Source: Octopus sinensis (lineage: Eukaryota). Taken from it: 64,000 nt of DNA. Each line of letters starts with the position of its first letter. The first letter of the stretch is position 1. Position numbers and translations under genes: made by a program. The stretch spans positions 1 through 64,000 of the forward strand of contig NW_021833007.1 in the NCBI RefSeq assembly GCF_006345805.1. The letters are read 5' to 3'. The notes below the pieces were generated by a model that was given only the letters and a program-made list of their open reading frames with translations, did not search any database and was not told where the DNA came from. This document shows, one piece after another, positions 28,801 to 40,143 of this stretch.

Positions 28801-31800
28801 AATGAACAAGTTAGATGCTAAACTACAAATTTCACAGGGTACAACCTTAAAGTTGACACATTTATGTCTTGCTATTGGCTAAAAATATCCAGTTTTTTCA
28901 ATTTTTAAGCCCCTGTAACTTTTTTCTCCACAACATCATACTTTCAAAACAACGAGACTGGAAGGCTACATTAGTATAGCCAATTTTCAGACCTTTTACC
29001 TCGTTTTAAAAAATACATACTTTGCTAATGAAAAAAACTAGATCCGAAAAAGGACTATATATATATAGCAGTGGTGGTGGTGGTATGTATGTGTGCATTT
29101 AGATGTCATATAGGTTTTCTACAGTTTCTGTGAATCAAACTTACACACATGGTATTAATTGGTCCCAGCCACTAGGCATGTTCATTCCATGAGCTGGCTG
29201 CTCTGTTAATCAGATCAACTGGGGCCCTTGTAATCATAACCGATGGAGTTCTTGTATGTGTGTGGTTAGAAGTGATAGTAAGGAAGTTTGACCACAGATA
29301 ATCATACATGTGTCATTTGAAATATTTTCTTACAGTTTAGATGGAATTCCGTTTATTTTACATGACAAAACATTACGACGGACAACCAATATTGAAGAAG
29401 TATATCCCGACCGAGTGGATGATGATGCTTCTACATTTACATTTGATGAATTGCGGAAACTCAATGCTGGAAGCTGGTTTTTAGAGGTAAGTTATCTAAG
29501 AGTATTTAAAGTTTCTTGTATGGACATTATTTTTGTAATAATTTTTAATTATTTCTAATACTTTCTGAAAATATTCATAAATATAGAAATACAAATTTCT
29601 TATGATTATCATCATCTTGGTTTTAACATCCACTTTTCCATGCTTGCATGGGTTAGGCAGAGTTTATTGAGGCAGATTTTTTACAGCTGGATGCATTTTC
29701 TGTCACCAACTGTGACCTGTTTCCTAGCAATGTAATATTTACCCATGATTAAGGTGGTGAGCTGGCAGAAACATTAGCTTAGCAATATTTCATCTGTCTT
29801 TATGTTCTGAGTTCAAATTCCGCTGAGGTCGACTTTGCCTTTTATCCTTTCAGGGTCGATAAATTAAGTACTATTTGTGTAATAGGGTCGATCTTATTGA
29901 CTGGCTCCCTCCTCAAAAATTTGGGGCTTGTGCCTAGAGTAGAAAAAAATATTTCACCATGACCAGACATGTTTTAGTGGAATATTGGAAATGAATAACA
30001 CTGCTTGTATGACAGTGACATTCATTTACAACAGTGTTTCTTGGCCATTTTGTTTTTACTTATGGACCCCTTTGATCCCTATTTTACTCAATGGATCCTC
30101 CTAGTCATTTGATGTTTAAAAAATCCTATTATATTTCTATAATTAAATATTAGTAGGAATTGTATAAAAATATTAAAACACTTTGTGTATTGTAGAAGTA
30201 TAACCAATTCATTGCTCATAAATTTTAACAACAAAATCTTATATAGACCCTGGTTGAGAACCACTGTATGTATGTATGTATGTATGTTTGAATACACATA
30301 CACACTCACTCACACATATAAATAAATGAATAAATAAATAAATAAACTGATGTGAATTCTCCAAATCCAGTCTGTTAGTGACACAGTGAAGATTTGTTAG
30401 ACATTTTGAAGAATGTCCATTTGAGATTCTTTAGGTGAAGAGATGCACACAACTGGGTGGGTGCATCAACAGCTCAACCAACACACCAACTCAACCTCAT
30501 ATTTACAAACACTGGAAACTCTTTTGACTAAAAAGTTTTGTTGCTTTGTTAGTGACCAGCTTGAACTCTTTTAAGAAGAAAATAAGGCTCAAAGAAGAAT
30601 CATACACACACACAGTGAACAATAAAAAGGAAAATGTAGGAGGAACAAATTTGAACAAACCCAATGTTAGCCTAATGCTTCATTGGAAAGAGAGAGTGTC
30701 TTAATGTTTTGGACATTAGTCCTTTATCAGAAGAAAAGAAAGGGAAAAGCATATATGGGAGTGAGAAAGAGATATATTCAATAAAAAGAAATAGGCAAAG
30801 GGTTAGAAACCAAGTGGGAATGCTGTGATATTATAGGGGAGTTCAAAGAGAAGAGGTAGGTGTGCAGGTGTAAGTATATTGAATGCATCCATGTCTGGAA
30901 AGAAGCATAAAGGGGTAGCGGTGTGTGTGTTAGTGTAGTGCATGTATATAGGGTTGTGCAAGTGGAAACATCCTTGTAATTGATGATGAAAATCATTCAC
31001 GTGTCCCAAATGCTACACAACTCTATTGTACCAACTCAAATCCAGGAATTTTATATATTTCCATGTGATCATTGTAGACTGAACTGCAAGAGAAACAGGA
31101 GACGTGTATGACTGTGAAATATGTTTTAATTTCATTATGTCAGAGATGAATTTTGATAAATCTGATAAAGTCAATTTCTTGAATGCAGTTTAACCTCAAT
31201 CTATGAGTCATCATCACGTGTTCTGGTAGTGGGCGAATCCAGCACATTGAGATTGTAGGGCATGACATGTTCAATACCGTGTATGCCCTCCTTGGGCACT
31301 CAAAAACAGCTGTACACCATCAGTACATGGAGTGCCTGAGGCAGTTCACAAAAGCCATTGGCACCTGTGCCCACACCCTGAGGAAAGCTGCCTCCAGCTC
31401 CACATGTGTTGCCAGCCTTGGGACCACCTGGTTCAGCCATCTCTGGATTTCATCATACAGGTATTCAAATGGATTCAAATCTGGGTTGAGAGCCAGATAC
31501 AGCATGGTTCTAATGTTGTACTGATGCAGGAAGTCCATGGTGAACTTGGCCATGTGGGAAGGAGCATTGTCCTGCTGGAGCATGTGGCTATGGTGACATG
31601 TGAAGAAGGGCATGATGTAAGGTCTTAGGATCTGATCAACATAGCGCTGCGCTTTGATGCCTTTCTCTCTGTCTGCACCAACATTTTGAAAAATAATCAC
31701 ATTTCTTTTGCAGTTTAGAGTATATTTACTAGACACCTTACAACATCTACTTGGTGGCTCTTTTTATTCATTTAAACTAGTTATATAATTAAATATTCTG

Positions 31801-32669
31801 CAGTTGCTTTCTCTGATAACTGATGATTAACCATGTTAAATTTACTGAAATTGATAAATAATTATAGATATGACTCATTTTCAGTTTTGATACCAGCAAT
31901 TTGTTATACCACAGTCAAAGCATGATTAAAAATCAATACTTTCCCAGCTTAGCAGCTAATAATAGAGTTTGGAAAAAGTGTGGATGGTATCTCATGTCTC
32001 TGTTATGTTGAATTTTGAGTGTGTTATTTAGCTTTATTTTAATCTTACTGCTAGATTTTTTTCCAGCATTTTTGCTGTCTGTTCTAAATTTATTTCATAT
32101 GTTCTACACTCTTTATGGTATGATATCCTTAATATTTAAACAGGCCATATCTGGCCCAAATATTCTACATCTTTTATGCTCAAACAGGCCAGATCCTGCC
32201 TCTCACATCTACCTTACAATGTCATTCCATAGATAAGTTATATTTTTAAAAGTTGCAAAATAATGCACGATTAATTCAAATCAATGCAAATAAGCATTAT
32301 ATTTGACAGAATAAGGTGGTGAGCTGACAGAATCATCAGCATACTGGACAAAAGGCTTAGCAGCATTTCTTCTGGCTTTACATTCTGAGTTCAAACTATC
32401 ATTTAGAATCTGAGTTTGTTTAGTAAAATGAGTCAACTGTGTCATTCATCCTTTTGGGGTTGATGAAATACTCAATCAGTTTAGCATTGGGGTTAATTTA
32501 ATCTAGTCCTGCCCCAACAAGATTTCAGGCCTTGTACCTTTAGTAGGAAGGACTATATTTGACAGTGTAATCTGAATGCTAACAGGATTAAGTATTATCC
32601 ATTTATTTTATAAACAGAAACTATTTCTAAACCTGTGTGCATGTGTGTGTGTGTGTGTGAGAGAGAGAG

Positions 32670-32718
<49 letters not shown>

Positions 32719-35700
32719 GGAGTAAACACATAAATGTGAAACAAGGTGGAAAAAAGAGTACTCAAATACCAGTGGTAGAGTAATATGCTTTATTTTAAGC
32801 AGCAAAAGTATATATATATATATAGAGAGAGTGTGTGTGTGTGAGCGTGTGTGTGTGTGAGCATGTGTGTGTGTGTGTGAGAGCGTGTGTGTATGTGTGT
32901 GTGAGAGCATGTGTGTATGTGTGTGAGTGCGCACCCGCGTGTGTGTGTGTGTGTGTGTGTGAGTATTTGTACATATTTGTATGTGTGGGTAGTTGTTATT
33001 TCCACTTCTTTGCATGAGATTATCTAAACTGATTAATTATAATAATAACAACAACATTAAAATGAATAATGATATGGTGTTGTGCTTACATTAAGTCTCA
33101 TAACTTTGAATTTTGGAAGTAGTGAAATATAAAAATAACACCTGTACTTGTAATATAATTAAAGGTTGGTGACAAGAAAGGCATTCGAATATAAAATACT
33201 GTCTCAAATAAGTACATGTCTAACCTAAGCCAGTTTAGAAAACCAAATATAAAATAAACAACTAAACAAATGAATAATGCTTAATGATAATGCTTACTTC
33301 ATGATATTCATTACATTCTCAATCTTAAATTTCTACCAGTTAATCCTTCCCAAAGCCAAGAATTTTACTAAACAGATTCATATTTTATATGATAATTTTC
33401 TTTCTCAAGTTTTCTCTGCTGATCTTGCTTTCTTATATATATTTGTCTGCATATTAGGAAGATCCAATGGATGTTGTTGGATCTCTTACTGACAAAACAA
33501 AGGAAATCTACAATAACCAAACCATTATGTCTTTGGAAGAATTGATTGACTTAGCAAACTTGACAGGGAAGAATATTTTTATAGACGTACAAATCCCAGT
33601 CAAGGAAAATCCTTATTACCATACAGCTTATAAAAAAGCTGTTGATGTGATACTGAACACTGGAATTCTTCCTAAACAGGTAGATTTTTTTTTTGCTTTC
33701 TTATTACTTGCATCTGTATGAAATATGCTAGTTTTGACATGTCAATTAGTTTCTGTTATTTATATGTTGATAGATGACACAGTTTCCTTCTTTGTACGGA
33801 GTGCTTTACGAACATTATTGATATCCTGGATAAAAGTTTGCACATAAAATTGAAAGTTCTAGCAATATTAGCATATTATATTTTCTAGTATACAAGTTGA
33901 ATTTTCAACCCAAAAGTTACAGCCAAAAAAAAAGGTCAACTTATACTGGACAAGTTTTGAGGACCAAAAGTTCTATGCAAAATGTAGCAGGATGAAATGT
34001 TTACACTATGTGTTTACACAATATACAACATTAACTTTTGTACTGGAAAATGATAGGCTCTCCTGCCAAAGATGATGTATGAATGTTCAGCTTTTTTGCT
34101 AAACAAACTGCACAGCTGATTTGTTTATAGTGATCTAATGTATGTGTTGTACATTAGCTCACTCCTTTCAACAAATCAAGGCTCATGTCAGGTGTTAAAG
34201 TGATTACAGAACAACGTGAGATGAAGTGTTTTGCTCAAGACAATAATGCACAACATGGTCTAAGAATTGAAACCTCAATCTCACAATCATGAATGTAACA
34301 CCCTAACTAGTAGTCTATGTGCTCTCAGGCTGGAAAATACAGTAGTTAATATTGCTAAAACTTATAACATGAATCTAGAGTGTTTTCCTTTAATGACATA
34401 TTCTTCAAATTATTTATTTTCGTGTAAAATTTTTAGCAACTACTGTTAGTAATATACTCTCCCTAGCTTGTGATTTTGCTAATATAATAGTTTGTAGTAG
34501 AGAGGTGGTATTGTCTGTTGTCTAATGTTGTATTCATAATGTTTAATGATGTTTGGTTGGCAGTAATTTTTTAATATTAGCTCTGACACATTTGGAAACA
34601 TCAAACCAAACTTTTCTTCTAACACTTTTTAAACACAACTGCTTGTGCTATGATACGCTGTTTCTACTCTTCTATTATTGTCCCAAATCCTTTCTCTTTG
34701 ACAAAGTATCCTTCCTTGAGGCAAGATTTGCATCTTGTGTTTCCTATCTTGTTTGTTTTCCAGGCTTCTATTCTACTCAGATCTTTTAAACACAACTACT
34801 ACGTCTATAATTGATTTGTCCAATATGTAGTTAATATAATCCCAATTTAATGTGGTAAGTTAGCAGAATTGTTTGCATGCCAGGCAAAATGCATAGCACT
34901 ATTTTGTCTGCCTTTACATTCTGTGTTCAAATTCTTCTGAGGTCAACTTTGCCTTTCATCCTTGCAAGAACAATAAAATAAGTACCAGTTGAGTTGCTGG
35001 GGGTCAATGTAATCAACTTACCCACCTTCCCTGGAATTGCTGACCTTGTGCCAAAATTTAAAACCAATATAATCCCAACTAATTTTATGAATAACCTTTT
35101 GTCCTCTGTTTCACTTTTTATAGATTTGGTGGTTCTCAAAAGTCTATCATTCAGCATATACCACCAATTTTACACAAACTGGGACAAGTTATCTACCAGT
35201 TGAAGATCTCGTAAAATTGCATATCTCTAATTTCAATGCTAGGTATGATTCACTTAGTGAAGATGAAATCCTGTAAGTTTTAATCTTTCTTATTTTTTTT
35301 TATAGCTTTGTCAATTTATCATTATTCTTTTTCTCTATACTTATTTATCCCATGTTTCATTACTCAGTTATTCTTGCTTTTTTTTCTTCTCAAATTTCAT
35401 TTTCTTGTTCATACTCTTTGAATTTACAATTTAAGTTAATTTACCTTGAACATTCAAACAAACATTAAAAATGCCGCTGCAGTTAATGTCTATGTTGTAT
35501 ATACTTTGAATTCTTTACCAATTTGATTCTGGTATTTACCTGTTATTTACACTGTTGAGAATCACAGCTGACCAAGTGAATAAACTCGTCATGTTATTGA
35601 TAGCTTGATATGTTACTGGTAGTCAGTAGTGTATAGTAATTATCATCATCGTTTAACATCTGTTTTCCATGCTGGCATGGGTTGGATGGCTTGACAGGAG

Positions 35701-38700
35701 CTGGCCAGTTGGGGAGTTGTCCAGGCTCCAATTGTCTGTTTTGGAATGGTATCTATGGCTGGATGCCCTTCCTAACACCAACCACTTTACAGAGTGTGCT
35801 GGGTGCTTCCTACATGGAACCAGCATGAGTGCATTTTATGTGGCAGCTGCATGAGTGCATTTTACATGGTACTGGCACCTGCAAGTCAAGCACCTTTTAG
35901 CTGAGAGAGGGAGTGTGGACATGGCTATAAAGGACATCCCTATATGTATGGATGGCTGAGATTTTATGTAGCTTGATGTGTTTTCTGAGGTACAACAACT
36001 CACCACAAGTCTTGGTCCTTTGTCATCTCCTCATTGAGGCCCAGCATCTGAAGATCCTTTCTTGCCACTTCGTCCCACATCTTTTTGGGTCTATCCTATC
36101 TACAGATTTCTAGTAAAGATATTTAATCATCTAAACTGATATATCAACGGAATGGTTAACTCACTTGGTACCGTATTTCTGTCAAAATACACTGCCATTT
36201 TTTCAATTAATTTTGAAATAATGAAGAATTTAGTAAAATAATTTAATCATTATTAAGCTGGTGTGTGGAACATAAATTAACAGAACAATTTGAAGGAATG
36301 TATAGATTTAGATCACATTAACTCTTTAACATTTCAACCAACCATATTTGACACAAATATTCTACCTGTTTTATGTTCAAACTGGCCAATACTAGTCTCT
36401 CACATCTACCCTGTAATGTCATTCAAACAATAAACAATCACATCATCAAAATTTCAAAGGTATGAGATAATGCACAACTAATTGAAAACAATCTGAATAA
36501 ATGAGCATTACATTTGAAATCTGAATACATTTGAAACTGAACGCTAATGAGTTAAACATGATAGAACTGATGGTAGTCTCTGGTGGGTTGTTGCCAAAAG
36601 GGTTAATGCAAGATATCTCAATTCAGTGATTCATCTTTTATCTTTTATTTGTTTCAGTCATTAGACTGTGGTCATGCTGGGGCACCACCTTGAAGAATTT
36701 TAGTCAACCAAATCAATCCCAGTTCTTAGTTTTTTGGGTTTTTTTAAGCCTGGAACTTATTCTATTAGACCCTTTGTCAAACAACTAAGTCACATGGACA
36801 TAAACACACCGATACCAGTTGTCAAGGCTTTGGTCAGTCCAAGGCTATAGAAGACACTTGTCCAAGGTGCTACACAGTGGGACTGAACCTGGAACCATGT
36901 GGTTGGGAAGCAAACTTCTTACTAAGTCTGCACCTGCAAAAGTTTAGTTTGGCTATTTACCTTTGTTAGCCAATTAATGTTAATTATAGGACCCACTAAT
37001 GTGTTATATACTATGGTATAAATCTATAGAGTTAAATCATATTTAGACTTCTCTAACTGGTGACTATTCACTTTCATTTTTATTGTTTTCAGACAATATC
37101 GTGAATCCAACATTACTACTAATGTCTACTTGGTTAATTCATACTGGCTGTTTTCCCTGTATTGGTGTCTGGGTGTACAATCTGTAACAACAGATGAATG
37201 TCATGTCCTCAATAAAATTGAAAAACCATTATGGCATTTGGCAAGTTTAAACCAATTCTTTTGAAGTTTCTGAAATTTTGTGTCTAATTTTATGTTTTGT
37301 ATTTAGTTTGAAATCTCTTAGGAATCTGTTTCTCATTCTAATATGCATTAAAATTTTCAGTAATTTAATTTCTTTCAATGAAGAAAAATAAGCATCTTTG
37401 ATGATCTTTGATGATCATACTGCTACTGCTACTGACACCAACAAATGATAATAATAATCCTTTCTACTACAAGAACAAGACTTGAAATTTTTTTGGGAAG
37501 GGACTAGTTGATTACGTTGACCCCACTGTTTCATTGATGAAAGGCACCGTCAACAGAATTTGAATTCAGAACATAAAGGCAGACGAGATGCCACTAAGCA
37601 TTTTGTCCAGTGTACTAATGATTCTGGCAACTCAGTGCCTTAATAATGATAATAATGATGATGATTTCAAATTTTGGAAGAAGTTCAAGAGTTTCAGAGA
37701 AAGGCAAACCAATTATATTAACCCCAGAGTTCAGCTGGTACTTATCCTATTGATCCTGAAAGAATGAATGGCTAAGTTGACCCTGGCATATAATAATAAT
37801 GTGTAACATATAGAAGATTGCAATGCTATGCACCACACACATATTATGTAGAACACTTTTAATTCAGTAAAAGATAATAAAACCAAAGCAAAACACCATG
37901 TGTAACCATGACACACAGCTGCATTCAATAGTGCAGAGAAAGCACACTGCAAAAAGAAAACTACTAGAAAACAATAAGAACAATATTCTGTTGTGTCTGG
38001 GGAGAATAATTTTCTTTTTGTGCCTTATAATTTAACACTCACCGGTAAAATTTCCCCATATTTCTTATTTTTATTTTCCTAAAATTTTCGTTGCATCTTG
38101 CAACCTTTTCAATAGTCTTGACTCTGTTATTTACACAGCCAAATCCAAGAATGAAATAAGAACAATAGTAATAGTAATAATCATTTTGAAAACTATGGGA
38201 TGCAACATGTTTTATTTTAAATAGAGAAAAGGCTGAAATGCTCAGTAATAAAACTATGAAGACAAATAGAGGTGAATTTCGATTTGTGAGTCTCAGGTGA
38301 TCATGATACAAAAGAAGCTTTAGCACATGTCCATAGATGGTGTTCTGCCAAAAAGTTAACATCAAACAGACAGACTCTTAATTTCACTGCCCAAGCAAAA
38401 TGCAAAGCCAAAAGAAAATAGTGGACAAATGACAACTACATTGAAGTACTATATGCATTCTGCACTGCAAATCTATACCTGAAACACAGAGATAATAAAA
38501 CAAGCATGAAATATCGAGAAGAAGAAATACTGATATAAGGAACACAACTCGTACTATACACAAAATGCACAATACAAACACTAATACAATGAAAGACTGC
38601 AATTAGACCCATAATAAAACAAACTAATGCAGTACAATATTGGAAAGAGTTTGCACTCCCCCCAAAAAGAACACACAATGCTACATACATGGAGGTGTAG

Positions 38701-38941
38701 CAGGTGATACAGTAGAAATTTGCCTGACACTAAGGCACAAGGCCTTGAAAATTTTTGGAGGAAGTGGGGGCTAGTTGATTACATTGACATCAGTATGTAA
38801 TTGGTACTTATTTCAGGGACTCTGAAAGGATGAAAGGTAAAGTCAACCTTGGTAGAATATGAATACAGAATGCAGTGGCAGACAAAATACTGATAAGCAT
38901 TTCACCTGGCGTGCTAACGATTCTGCCAGCTCGCCACCTTC

Positions 38942-38983
<42 letters not shown>

Positions 38984-39598
38984 TAATCCTTTCATGTTGT
39001 GGCATAAGTCCAGCAATTTTAGGGGTAGGGGCTAGTTGTTTGCATCAACCTGTGCTTCACTGGTATTTATTTTATTGACCCCCAGAAGGATGAAAAGCAA
39101 AGGTAACCTCATTAGAATTTGAACTTGGAACATAGAGAGCTGGAAGAGATGCTGCTAGACATTTTGTTTGACATGCTAACATACATATTTGCTTGCTCAT
39201 TGCCTGAGTAATACTAATAATAATAACAGTCCAAATATTTAATTTTCTTTTATGTTATCTTCCAGACTCCAGGAACATATCTCATGACATGGGTTTCAGT
39301 TGATATAATATCTGCTATCATCATCATCACCATACTTATAGTACAATGGTAAGTCAATGTATTACATGTAAAGTTTCGCATGTAATGGAAAATTATTGCA
39401 ATGTTTATCGAGTGATTTTTTTCCTTTATTGGTCACTTACTTAAAAACTTTAATCTTTGCAGGGTCCGGTTATTGGGAACACGCTTCAATCCAGAGACAA
39501 TTTCGTTACATTCTCAACAGACAATGACTATCCTTACAGACCAGTATCATTCTACTTCAAGACCTATGAAAGAAAATCTATTATTTACTGCTGACTAA
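7069..39598 (+). CDS. GDPD5: Spliced GDE2/GDE3/GDE6-subfamily membrane glycerophosphodiester phosphodiesterase (GDPD5-like), 12 coding exons, 5' coding exon not found upstream in the window
   Basis: join(7069..7172,9766..9862,14611..14769,16251..16344,19251..19396,26116..26198,29336..29486,33458..33679,35124..35272,37093..37240,39266..39348,39463..39598) gives one open frame of 523 codons plus TAA. It encodes N-terminal TM segments, the GDPD motifs [32 protein letters not shown] and LNAGSWF, and a C-terminal TM helix followed by FNPETI...MKENLLF. Orthology within GDPD2/4/5 is not resolved. Confidence 0.93.
9313..9563. mobile_element. hAT (Charlie-like) MITE
   Basis: Termini CAGTGGTTATCAA / TTGAGTACCACTG. 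A related copy lies at about 30032-30265. Confidence 0.7.
9766..9862 (+). CDS. GDPD5: GDPD5-like exon ([32 protein letters not shown])
   Basis: Acceptor ttttccag| and donor |gtaagt. Phase 2 in, phase 0 out, matching neighbours. Hydrophobic TM segment. Confidence 0.85.
10237..10531. repeat. Local tandem duplication, two copies of ~150 bp
   Basis: AAACAGACAA(T/C)AGAGAAATCTTCT...CTTGAAACAGACT occurs at 10237-10380 and 10388-10531. Confidence 0.9.
13262..13877 (+). mobile_element. RTE LINE 3' UTR fragment with internal ~60 bp tandem units and (GAT)n tail
   Basis: Collinear with the 3' UTR of the RTE at 63450-63920 (GCCAGTG..CTGACTGGCTCC..GGCAC.TAAAAAGCAC units; CCATGCCAGCATGGAAAACGGACGTT(GAT)n). 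Confidence 0.8.
14063..14233. repeat. Compound (TG)n/(TA)n microsatellite
   Basis: Directly visible. It is the source of the spurious YIYI/CVCV ORFs. Confidence 0.95.
14611..14769 (+). CDS. GDPD5: GDPD5-like exon ([19 protein letters not shown]...[13 protein letters not shown])
   Basis: Acceptor ttaacag| and donor |gtaagt. 53 codons, ending in a W-x3-W-x5-S-F-Q motif. Confidence 0.88.
16251..16344 (+). CDS. GDPD5: GDPD5-like exon ([31 protein letters not shown])
   Basis: Acceptor ttttccag| and donor |gtaagt. PF(L/I)HVG motif. Confidence 0.9.
18585..18648. repeat. (CAT)n/(CAC)n trinucleotide repeat, tail of a minus-strand retroposon
   Basis: Directly visible. Adjoins the shared RTE/SINE tail TTTTCCATGCTTGCAT. 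Confidence 0.85.
19251..19396 (+). CDS. GDPD5: GDPD5-like exon with TM and catalytic HRG ([12 protein letters not shown]...[12 protein letters not shown])
   Basis: Acceptor cccatatag| and donor |gtatgt. Contains the first catalytic His motif AHRG. Confidence 0.95.
19554..19767. mobile_element. piggyBac-type MITE
   Basis: TTAA|CCCTTTCGTTA ... TAACGAAAGAG|TTAA inverted termini with TTAA duplication. Confidence 0.8.
26116..26198 (+). CDS. GDPD5: GDPD5-like exon ([28 protein letters not shown])
   Basis: Acceptor ttcttgcaag| and donor AG|gtaaat. PENT motif and E-x-D metal-ligand motif. Confidence 0.95.
29336..29486 (+). CDS. GDPD5: GDPD5-like exon ([18 protein letters not shown]...LNAGSWFLE)
   Basis: Lies within ORF 29310..29558. 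Acceptor ttcttacag| and donor |gtaagt. Second catalytic His (HD). Confidence 0.95.
29751..29945 (+). mobile_element. tRNA-derived SINE (Meta-domain-like family)
   Basis: GGTGAGCTGGCAGAA (A-box-like), GAGTTCAAATTCC (B-box) and GCCTTT.ATCCTTTC.GGGTCGATAAATTAAGTAC core. Many diverged copies in the window (e.g. 5765, 34850, 37460, 38730). Confidence 0.8.
31270..31660 (-). mobile_element. Tc1 transposase C-terminal fragment (pseudogene)
   Basis: ORF 31320..31736 contains QQDNAPSH and [12 protein letters not shown], degenerate DDE motifs. Confidence 0.85.
33458..33679 (+). CDS. GDPD5: GDPD5-like exon ([10 protein letters not shown]...[14 protein letters not shown]...GILPKQ)
   Basis: Overlaps ORF 33467..33721. 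Acceptor atattag| and donor CAG|gtagat. 74 codons. Confidence 0.92.
35124..35272 (+). CDS. GDPD5: GDPD5-like exon (IWWFSK...[13 protein letters not shown])
   Basis: Acceptor tttttatag| and donor |gtaagt. Open in the expected phase. Confidence 0.88.
35640..36110 (-). mobile_element. RTE-related 3' fragment
   Basis: Reverse complement of the RTE tail plus the RT C-terminal motif ([15 protein letters not shown]) near 36050-36090. Confidence 0.7.
36156..36606. mobile_element. Nested piggyBac-type MITEs (inner element 36318-36555)
   Basis: Outer TTAA|CTCACTTGGTA...CCAAAAGGG|TTAA is interrupted by inner TTAA|CTCTTTAAC...CTAATGAG|TTAA. Confidence 0.65.
37093..37240 (+). CDS. GDPD5: GDPD5-like exon ([34 protein letters not shown]...PLWHL), GC donor
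   Basis: Acceptor ttttcag|. The N-x-Y-x-VN-x-x-WLFSL-x-WC-x-GV-x-SVTTD motif is diagnostic. Donor is TTG|gcaagt. Confidence 0.92.
39266..39348 (+). CDS. GDPD5: GDPD5-like exon, last TM helix ([28 protein letters not shown])
   Basis: Acceptor cttccag| and donor TG|gtaagt. Confidence 0.92.
39463..39598 (+). CDS. GDPD5: GDPD5-like terminal coding exon ([15 protein letters not shown]...[10 protein letters not shown])
   Basis: Acceptor ctttgcag|. NPE-x-I and MKE-x-L-x-F motifs of the GDE2-type cytoplasmic tail. TAA at 39596-39598. Confidence 0.88.
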
Positions 39599-40143
39599 CT
39601 TGAAGAAGATGTTCTGGAAACAACTGATTCTCCAACCCATCATTACATGAATACAGCTGCAGATACTATTGTCATCAGTGTTCCTCAGTAGATACAAGTT
39701 TACTGAAAACATTGAGACAATTCAAAAGATTCATAGAATTCCAAACGAAATTCCATTTGTTATACTACTTTCCAGGAAAATATGGAATTTATAATTAAAA
39801 AAAAATATATATTTTATGAATGACTCTTTGTGATGGGATTTTGGCACATTTATTTTCCTTTTTTTTTATATACCAGAAAGCAATCTTTAGCTCTATCTTA
39901 ATGTGTTTTATTCTGTGAATATTTAAGATCTTTTTTTTTAATGGCTTAGTCAAAGGGCAAAGAGCAATATATATATGGAATAATTACTATGAAGCATTGT
40001 GTAGAATATTTGCATAAAGGATTGTGAGTAAGGCCAGAACAATGCAAAGTAAATGCAAGGTAAATCACAAGAAAACAAATACATGAATTAATGTACTTAC
40101 CTTGCATTTAATATTTCACGGTTATGACCCCATTTTCAAGAAA

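Noticed and set aside
27840-29055. Possible DNA transposon remnant (also 37985-38370 and 43290-44260)
   Set aside because: Repeat-like in character, but I could not define termini, TSD or coding remnants with confidence.
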